64,000 bases of DNA from a virus (lineage: Duplodnaviria; Heunggongvirae; Uroviricota; Caudoviricetes): the IMG/VR virus record IMGVR_UViG_3300021387_000529, positions 90,811-154,810 of that record; one strand, given 5' to 3'. Under the pieces are notes generated by a model. It was not told where the DNA came from. It searched no databases and saw only the letters and a program-made list of their open reading frames with translations. A program made the translations under genes and the position numbers. Positions within the stretch are counted from its first letter, which is position 1. Each line of letters starts with the position of its first letter. Below, in pieces: positions 48,470 to 54,986 of this stretch.

Positions 48470-48541
48470 GGTTCCGTCGGCTAACGGTTAGGCCATCTGG
48501 TTTTCATCCAGAGAACGAGTGTTCGACTCACTTCGGAACTA
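48470..48541 (+). tRNA. tRNA-Glu(TTC)
   Basis: Cloverleaf. Confidence 0.88.
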
Positions 48542-48728
48542 ACGCGCTCACCTGAACTTAGCACTAGGACGGTGAGAATAGTTGGTTATAGCTAAGTAAC
48601 GCGAACTATAGGTTGCAAAGTAAGCAGAGGTGAACGCCAAGCCAAATGCTCATGATGAATACCTGCTATAAGCTCGAAGGATGCTGCGGCAAGCCAGTGT
48701 TTAAGCTCGAAAGTTCATCAACTTTTTT

Positions 48729-48800
48729 CGGAATGTGGGCCAAAGGTTGGTCGCTAGTTTTGGGAACTAGATTATGATAGTTCGAGTCTATTCATTCCGA
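48729..48800 (+). tRNA. tRNA-Pro(TGG)
   Basis: Cloverleaf, CGG start. Confidence 0.82.
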
Positions 48801-48932
48801 CTTTGAAATCCGCAGTTGTTTATCCATGGTAAGGGCAGCTGAAAACTATATCAAGCTTTTAGTATTGGAGCGAAAGTTTGGCTAGAATGTCTTTGATATA
48901 GAGGTTAAGTATGGTCTTAGCCAACCCTATTT

Positions 48933-49016
48933 GGGATGTTATACCGTAAGTGGTAGCGGGGCAGACTGTAAATCTGTTGCCTTCGGGCTCGGGGAGTTCG
49001 ACTCTCTCACATCCCA
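48933..49016 (+). tRNA. tRNA-Tyr(GTA)
   Basis: Cloverleaf with long variable arm. Confidence 0.88.
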
Positions 49017-49019
49017 TCA

Positions 49020-49214
49020 CAGTTTCTTCATAGAGTACGGCGGCGTCAAGCATAGGCGCCCTAAGGTATCAACCAAATGCATGGCCGGAGAACGGAGCTT
49101 CGTGAGACAGCACATTTGCAAAATCGTACCTTTTATAAGCTGTCAGGTGCTTCATTGGAAGAAAGGACTGAGATTAAACGATAACTCAGCTCGGGGCCGT
49201 TGACGAAGAAACTG
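49020..49214 (+). ncRNA. Candidate ~195-nt structured ncRNA
   Basis: CAGTTTCTTC/GAAGAAACTG and ACGGC/GCCGT close the element. Confidence 0.45.
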
Positions 49215-49221
49215 CTTTTAT

Positions 49222-49306
49222 GCTACAGTCGCATAGCGGTTGATTGCGCCGGATTTGTAATCCGGAGGTGTAAAAGCCCACGGGGGTTCGAATCCCTCCT
49301 GTAGCT
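49222..49306 (+). tRNA. tRNA-Thr(TGT) with unusual long variable arm
   Basis: Cloverleaf; variable region AGGTGTAAAAGCCCAC. Confidence 0.85.
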
Positions 49307-49439
49307 TCGAGACGTAACACGATGGTGAGTAAGCGTTAGTCATGTGTTAAAACCATCAAAAATGGTTATGTTAAAGAGAAGTTTAGCAAAATCGTTAAGT
49401 GACCTCAATTTTCACGTGGTCGATTAGCATAACTTTTAT

Positions 49440-49513
49440 GGCCTATTAGCTCTAATGGTCAGAGCGGATCCCCGTTAAGGATACGGTTGCAGGTTCGAGT
49501 CCTGCATAGGCCG
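49440..49513 (+). tRNA. tRNA-Asn(GTT), C33 variant
   Basis: Cloverleaf; loop CCGTTAA. Confidence 0.85.
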
Positions 49514-49528
49514 CATACAATGTTTTAT

Positions 49529-49601
49529 GGGATGTTAGCTCTAGCGGTAGAGCGGAGGACTGTTAATCCTTAGGTCGCAGGTTCGAACCCTGCACATCCC
49601 G
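49529..49601 (+). tRNA. tRNA-Asn(GTT)
   Basis: Cloverleaf. Confidence 0.92.
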
Positions 49602-49732
49602 TCTTTTACCAACCTTCTTCTATGTTGGTTGGTCGGTGCTTAAACTACGATTACCGAAAGGTTAGAGTCCCACCACAAAGCCATGTTGGTTGTTGAGTTC
49701 ACGGCTATAAAATGCAACTCAACTTCTGTTTT

Positions 49733-49807
49733 GGTGCTGTAGTTCATCTGGATCAGAACAAATGACTTCTAATCATTAGGTAGGGGGTTCAAGTCCCTCC
49801 AGCATCA
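49733..49807 (+). tRNA. tRNA-Arg(TCT)
   Basis: Cloverleaf. Confidence 0.9.
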
Positions 49808-49835
49808 AAAAAAAATAAAAATATTTCAAAATTTT

Positions 49836-49874
49836 TTGAATATTTTTGAATTTCTTCATATATTATAATCGTAA
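49836..49874 (+). promoter_or_regulatory. Repeated sigma70-type phage promoter driving a non-coding region
   Basis: TTGAAT-N17-TATATT...CGTAA. Confidence 0.8.
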
Positions 49875-49876
49875 AT

Positions 49877-50410
49877 CAGCTGCTGATAACGATAAGCTGC
49901 TCGGTTAAATAAGTGAGGGAAAATATGACGTAGGTACGGTGAGTTATTCAACGCAAATAAGTCGTAACGGTGAGATGCTGAAAAGCTCACATCGGTAACA
50001 AAGAGACCATGATGAAATGGTTGGCCGGATTGGTTCACAATAAGGAAGTGTGGTTCACTTCACGAAAATGAGACCGAATCAATTAAAAGTTCTTCACTCT
50101 AAGCTTGAGCCGAAAGGTAGAAATAGCTACGAGAAAGGTTTTTGAAGAACTTCCAGCTGGTAGTAACAGCTGACTGTAAAGACAGAATTACGAACCATGT
50201 AGAAAATGTTGGATCCGTGAAGCTCACAAAGCTGGAGTAACGGCAAGGTTCAAGTCCTTGTTCTACATTGAGATGGGTTCTATACAGTGTCCCACCTGAA
50301 ATGACAAAAGACTGGAGTAACCCCTAGCTATGGGAAGGTTAAACTGGACCTGCAAATAGCAAAAAGGCATACGGGTAATTCCTTTCCCACTGGGTTCCTT
50401 ATACCTACAA
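49877..50410 (+). ncRNA. Candidate large (~530 nt) structured ncRNA with embedded tRNA-like module
   Basis: Own promoter, no ORF, long-range stems, T-arm/acceptor module at 50197-50268. Confidence 0.55.
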
Positions 50411-50417
50411 TTTTTTT

Positions 50418-50502
50418 GGGTTTGTCCGCTAATTGGCAAAGCCTGCAGTTAAAGCCTACAATGGAGAGCTGCAGAATGTGAGTTCGAGTCTCATCAAATC
50501 CA
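50418..50502 (+). ncRNA. tRNA-like RNA with ~20-nt anticodon loop
   Basis: Acceptor GGGTTTG/CAAATCC, D loop, T arm, CTGCAG stem with enlarged loop. Confidence 0.65.
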
Positions 50503-50700
50503 CTATTACAAAGTTCTGAGAGGCATCTTAGAAAATACTTTGTGAGAAACGATTCTTCATAAAAAGGTGAGATAACAGCCAGTAGGTGAATAATAATCAC
50601 CATCTCGTTGAGCGCCTGGCATACGAAACCGAAGAGTAAGGACGAAGGCCAAGACCTGAAACGGAGAACGAATAGACCCGAGGGTACGGGGTCTCTAAAG

Positions 50701-50900
50701 CGATGAGCTACCGAGTGTAAATGCGTAAAAAGAGAGTAGAGCTTGTAACTCGAAATCTGGGATATGGGAAAGTCCTCGCTGGAAGAAACAAACTGAAGCG
50801 GAAGTTGCTAGCCAAAAGTAAGTTTGCAGAAATCGGGAATACTAGGGTCCACCACGGTGGAAACATGGTTATGCTGAAGGTTCGACTCCTTCTCCATCGA
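50701..50900 (+). ncRNA. tRNA-like RNA with large internal insertion (tentative)
   Basis: T arm GAAGGTTCGACTCCTTC; CGATG/CATCG acceptor-like closure. Confidence 0.4.
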
Positions 50901-51021
50901 CTTCTGGGTGTTGATACTTGTGAGCTCGCGGGGTTCCTTTCACAAGTGTAGCCTGCCCCGCAAATATGAAGGACTGGGACTATTCGCGATTGTTCTGGTC
51001 TGGGGGAAACGCGTTCCCCAC

Positions 51022-51181
51022 TGCAGTGTAGTGTAAACGGTGCACAGGAGCTGCTAGTAAGTGACAATAGGGCCTGACAATAGTCTACGACCTGCTTTGA
51101 GCAGATGACGGGACGACGATAGGGCCTGACGATAACCGAACCACAGCTCCAGGAGCGAGGTTCAAATCCTTGTTACTGCAA
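51022..51181 (+). ncRNA. tRNA scaffold with ~90-nt insert in the anticodon loop carrying a duplicated motif
   Basis: TGCAGTG/TACTGCA, D arm, GGAGCTG/CAGCTCC, T arm. Confidence 0.7.
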
Positions 51182-51184
51182 TAA

Positions 51185-51364
51185 AAAAGCTACAAAGCAG
51201 AATGAGACAGTTACTTCAAAATCATGCTTTGGGTGCCGTGTGTTGTAGGTTCGAGTCCTACCAGCTCTCTATAAAGCCTATTAAGGTGTGAGAGATGTAG
51301 CTCAATGGTAGAGCAACGTAAAAAATTTCGAAACTATACTGTTTCGCTTATTCTTGTAGCTTTT
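51185..51364 (+). ncRNA. YrlA-like Y RNA (handle RNA 4, permuted T-acceptor-D module)
   Basis: Handle motif plus T arm GTAGGTTCGAGTCCTAC upstream of D arm GCTCAATGGTAGAGC. Confidence 0.8.
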
Positions 51365-51370
51365 GTTTTT

Positions 51371-51443
51371 GGGATATTGGTAAAATGGTGCATACGCCTG
51401 ACTGTCACTCAGGAGAGCGCGAGTTCAATTCTCGCATATCCCG
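51371..51443 (+). tRNA. tRNA-Asp(GTC)
   Basis: Cloverleaf. Confidence 0.88.
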
Positions 51444-51677
51444 TACGTTAAAGTTCCAGACCAATCACACGCAAAATCCAGAACTGAAACTGAGACGTAA
51501 AAAACGGTTGTAAAACAAGCATGTTAACCAGAGTTGGCCGTAATAATCAAACTCGAGCATGTGCTACCACGACAGGTTACGGTGATATTTGTGTGGTTCC
51601 GACGGAAAGTGCAGGTTGCAAATAATGAACCTGTCCCTGCACTTAGCTTTTTACTTTGAAAAACGGAGGCAAAACTT

Positions 51678-52175
51678 ATGAAAAATAAACCTTCTAAGTT
51701 TTATGTCTATTGGATAGAGTTCAAAATGAAAGATGGTTCTATTAAGAACAACACTTTCATATATGACTTCAAAAATAAACGTGTCGTAATTGACACTAAA
51801 AAAACAATTGGTAAGTTCTTCTATTTTGGAGACTGGGCAAACCTTTTAACTGGTAAACCACGACCAAATGTAACTTACAGAGGAAAGTTTGCACGCAGAA
51901 ATGCTAAAACATATGCTGAGTACATCCAGTATGAGTTGGAATATGATGCAAAGGGATTTCAGCAAAAAGTTGATGCTGGTCTGAAAGCAATTCCAGATGC
52001 TGTATCAGCTAAAGTACGGTTTGGCCGTGCAAATTCAAAATGTGTTCCATTCAAAAGTGATGTTCGAGAAATCGACCGTTACAGAATGAACAAAAAGACT
52101 AGGATTGGTTTTTGTAGCAATATATTGCGAGAAATTCCAAATCGTAGCCAAGTAACTTCGGCGCTATATAGTTAA
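51678..52175 (+). CDS. Basic hypothetical protein inside the RNA island
   Basis: GGAGG RBS, 165 aa. Confidence 0.7.
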   Translation: MKNKPSKFYVYWIEFKMKDGSIKNNTFIYDFKNKRVVIDTKKTIGKFFYFGDWANLLTGKPRPNVTYRGKFARRNAKTYAEYIQYELEYDAKGFQQKVDAGLKAIPDAVSAKVRFGRANSKCVPFKSDVREIDRYRMNKKTRIGFCSNILREIPNRSQVTSALYS

Positions 52176-52195
52176 TCTATATAACATATATTTTT

Positions 52196-52728
52196 GCCCT
52201 TCGCCATTTAGGGCCCCCAGAGAGTTGCGCAACTCGTTTGAATGGGAGTCTGGCGTATCCAAGCGGTGAATGGAGGGTGAATGTGCGTGTATTTTCGGAG
52301 ACGCCTTCACTTAGTAGTTCACTGGCAGAATGTCGAAATCGAGGTGATTATCATCCGAATGAATCCCTCATGCGCTTCTTGGAAAAAGGTTAAACCAGTA
52401 CAGTGCGGGTCATGCCGTGGAAGGGCGCTACTGCAATTATAAGTCTTACGGAATGAAGAGTTGGTAACTCTCGTAATCCTGCGCAAGCGTGTAAAAAGCG
52501 CCCCGAGATTCAGGTGAGAAACGGAAAAACTTCCAATGTAAGAGAGTGAGAGTGGTTACAACCTAGACTACACACTCAAGTAAGTTGCTGCTTATCAAGA
52601 TGAAAGTTAATATCTTGTTGGGAATTTGCAATCCTGTAAAAAGACTGGAGTATGAGGTCATTCCGAAAGAAACAGACAACGATGCACGTGAAACAACTGC
52701 GTAGCTAACACGTAAAATAAGACTGCGT
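52196..52728 (+). ncRNA. Candidate large structured ncRNA(s), two closed domains
   Basis: GCCCTTC/GAAGGGC; AGTCTTA/TAAGACT; CGGAATGA/TCATTCCG. Confidence 0.5.
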
Positions 52729-52732
52729 GCCA

Positions 52733-52806
52733 CGGGCAATAGACCAGTTGGTTAAGCCGCTTCGCCTGGGACGAAGAGATCGGGGGTTCGAATCCCTCTT
52801 GCCCGA
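52733..52806 (+). tRNA. tRNA-Pro(TGG), C33 variant
   Basis: Cloverleaf; loop CCTGGGA. Confidence 0.85.
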
Positions 52807-52878
52807 AAATCGAGAGAGTCGACTATCTCGAGAGTAGACTACATGTTTATTGTGTACAGGTATCATGCAGTTGAATAA

Positions 52879-52950
52879 TGGACTATAGTTTAGCTGGAAG
52901 AATGCTGGCCCTTAGTGCTGGAGGCGTAAGTTCGGATCTTACTAGTCCAT
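52879..52950 (+). tRNA. Atypical tRNA with TTA anticodon (pseudo-tRNA or ochre suppressor)
   Basis: TGGACTA/TAGTCCA; loop CCTTAGT; T loop TTCGGAT. Confidence 0.55.
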
Positions 52951-53001
52951 CTATATGGAGGAAATGCTTATGACTTATCATTAGGATAGGAGATTATCCA
53001 A

Positions 53002-53280
53002 ATGAGTAATAGTTATACAGAGTCCGCATTTTATCGTGAAAACATTCGTTACAGAAATCGTGGAACACGGAAAGGTAAAATTTTCAATCGTGTTTGGACA
53101 CGATACATGAAGCGAGCAGTTGTTTCGACTAACAATTGGTTGATTAACCAGAAAAAGTCGTATAGACGTCAAGAATTGAAAAGAATTGACATCAATTCTG
53201 ACGACGAATTGATTGAGGTAATCGAGGCCAATATTGCTGACACTTACAAAGATGTTGCACAATGGTATTGGTTCGATTAA
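53002..53280 (+). CDS. Hypothetical protein
   Basis: AGGAG RBS. Confidence 0.65.
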   Translation: MSNSYTESAFYRENIRYRNRGTRKGKIFNRVWTRYMKRAVVSTNNWLINQKKSYRRQELKRIDINSDDELIEVIEANIADTYKDVAQWYWFD

Positions 53281-53338
53281 TATAATTGTTGATTGGGCCT
53301 CTTGAACAGCTTTCGAAAGAGAGACAAGAGGTCATTAT

Positions 53339-53468
53339 AAAAAGCTTTATCAACGTTGGTTCGATTCCAACCGACTTCTCATCCGTGAGGGTACATGTAT
53401 GGCTTGCAGAAATTGAATGCAGGTAGAGGAGCCGTAGTTTAGTATGGCGAGAACCAGTAGAGTTTTTT
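53339..53468 (+). ncRNA. Second permuted tRNA mimic (YrlA-like topology, no handle motif)
   Basis: 12-bp closing stem; T arm GTTGGTTCGATTCCAAC precedes acceptor stem and D arm. Confidence 0.6.
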
Positions 53469-53473
53469 ATTAT

Positions 53474-53545
53474 GGTTCGTTAGAACAGTGGTTAGTTTGC
53501 AAGACTCTCAATCTTGAGACATGGGTTCGAATCCCTTACGAACTA
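53474..53545 (+). tRNA. tRNA-Glu(CTC)
   Basis: Cloverleaf. Confidence 0.85.
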
Positions 53546-53572
53546 GAAATCCATTTTTATACTAATTATTCT

Positions 53573-54190
53573 ATGGAAAGAATAAGGTATATTTATGAGA
53601 TTAAAAATTTGGTTAATGGAAAAACTTACATTGGCCAGCATACTTTGAGGGAAGGACGCACTTTTGAAACTGATGTTTATTATGGTTCTGGAGTTCTTAT
53701 AAATAGAGCTCAAAGAAAATACGGTTTAGAAAACTTTGAAAAAACGATTGTTATTTCAGGATTTTTTACTAAAGAGCAAATAAACCGTTTTGAAAGGTGC
53801 ATGATTAGGATTGAACGATTCTTAGGAAAAGCAGAATATAATATTGCTGACGGTGGTGAAGGTTGGAGTGAAGGCATGAGAGAAGCTCATAAAGCATCCA
53901 TGACACCAGAACACAATCAGAAAATATCAGAAGCCAATAAAGAGCGTTTAGCAAAAATGTCACCTGAAGAGCGTTCAAAAAAATGTTTTGGCGGTAAGCA
54001 TAATAGTTTTCTTGGACGTCATCATACAGATGAGTATAAAAAATACATGTCTGAACGAATGAAAGGAAATCTTATTGGTTCTAAGAACGGCTCTTTTGGA
54101 AAGAGATGGTGGACAAATGGAAAAGAAAATATAAAAGCTGAAGTTTGTCCTGAAGGTTTTAGGCCTGGAAGGACTTGTCGAACTAAATAA
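53573..54190 (+). CDS. GIY-YIG homing endonuclease with NUMOD3-like tail
   Basis: YIYEIKNLVNGKTYIGQH, YYGSG, YNIADGG, GRHHTDE; start moved to ATG 53573. Confidence 0.9.
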   Translation: MERIRYIYEIKNLVNGKTYIGQHTLREGRTFETDVYYGSGVLINRAQRKYGLENFEKTIVISGFFTKEQINRFERCMIRIERFLGKAEYNIADGGEGWSEGMREAHKASMTPEHNQKISEANKERLAKMSPEERSKKCFGGKHNSFLGRHHTDEYKKYMSERMKGNLIGSKNGSFGKRWWTNGKENIKAEVCPEGFRPGRTCRTK

Positions 54191-54196
54191 CTATAT

Positions 54197-54270
54197 AGGT
54201 GAGTGGCTACAATGGTACAGCAGCGGTCTCCAAAACCGCCATTTTGCAAGTTCGAGTCTTGCCTCGCCTA
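54197..54270 (+). tRNA. tRNA-Trp(CCA)
   Basis: Cloverleaf. Confidence 0.9.
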
Positions 54271-54278
54271 ATACACAT

Positions 54279-54355
54279 AGCAGGTTGAAGCACTGGTTGT
54301 GGCTTACGAGGCTCATAACCTCGACATCAGGGTGGTTCGATTCCACCACCTGCCA
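54279..54355 (+). tRNA. tRNA-Met(CAT), initiator-like
   Basis: Cloverleaf with 1:72 mismatch (A:C). Confidence 0.85.
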
Positions 54356-54356
54356 T

Positions 54357-54514
54357 AAAAACATAAAAAGCAGATGTTGCGGTTACTTCTATACAAATTA
54401 AGCAAATTTGGTCGCTCAATTAAAATAGGCTGACTGCGCATTATAATCGGGGCACAGAGCGCTGTGTGACTCAGCAAATCCCGTTTCCCGCGACGAGTAT
54501 TCTTTTATGTTTTT
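54357..54514 (+). ncRNA. Y-RNA-like handle RNA 5
   Basis: AAAAACATAAAA/TTTTATGTTTTT, AGCAG, GTTGCGG/CCGCGAC, TTACTTC, TATTC. Confidence 0.7.
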
Positions 54515-54520
54515 TCATAT

Positions 54521-54593
54521 TCTCCCGTAGCATAGTTGGTAGTGCATCGGACTCTGGATCCGTATCGGGTGCGTTCGAGTCGTACCGGGAGAA
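54521..54593 (+). tRNA. tRNA-Gln(CTG)
   Basis: Cloverleaf, U1-A72. Confidence 0.82.
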
Positions 54594-54782
54594 CTTAAAA
54601 GTAGATGCTGCGAAAGCGTGAAGTCAAGCGTTAGTAGTACCATAAAGCATAAAGTGAAATCTTTCAATGCGCTGAAATGCGAGGGTCTATTTTTCGAATA
54701 GAATAGGCTGCATTGGAGGAAAGTCTTCATGAATGACAAGTGGAGTCACAAGTTCTAGTTGGTTACTTGTCTAGAACACCAA

Positions 54783-54868
54783 CGGTCTGTGGTGCAACTG
54801 GCTGAGACACATCGCGCTTAGAACGCGACACATTAGAAACATTGAGAGTTCAAATCTCTCCGGGCCGA
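54783..54868 (+). tRNA. tRNA-Leu(TAG)
   Basis: Cloverleaf with long variable arm. Confidence 0.88.
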
Positions 54869-54891
54869 TTAATCTATAAATTATAAAATCC

Positions 54892-54980
54892 TACTTCTAA
54901 AAGCGGGATTAGCTGTTACTTCATTTTGAACTCATATCTCAAATAACAAGCTAAACAGCAATCAATTTTCTTTGGAGGTA
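54892..54980 (+). promoter_or_regulatory. Handle RNA 6 in the Ro60 leader, sequestering the Shine-Dalgarno sequence
   Basis: TACTTCTAAA pairs with TTTGGAGGTA; AGCGG, GCTG/CAGC, TTACTTC, TTTTC. Confidence 0.7.
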
Positions 54981-54986
54981 TTCTAT

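Noticed and set aside
50615-50665. Hammerhead-like CCGAAGAG...CGAA sequence
   Set aside because: The core CUGAUGA/GAAA and the required stems are not satisfied
51063-51134. Repeat-spacer-repeat spacing (20/32/20 nt) resembling a mini CRISPR array
   Set aside because: Only two imperfect short copies, located inside a tRNA scaffold, with no cas genes in the window
54716-54725. GAGGAAAGTC resembling the RNase P RNA P4 signature (also GGGAAAGTCC near 50766)
   Set aside because: No matching 3' P4 strand, and too little room before the next tRNA
46309-54739. ORF-track calls overlapping tmRNA, tRNAs and ncRNA candidates (e.g. 46309, 47864, 48931, 50721, the N-terminal extension of 53444, 54515)
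   Set aside because: Shadow ORFs with no RBS, explained by the RNA genes
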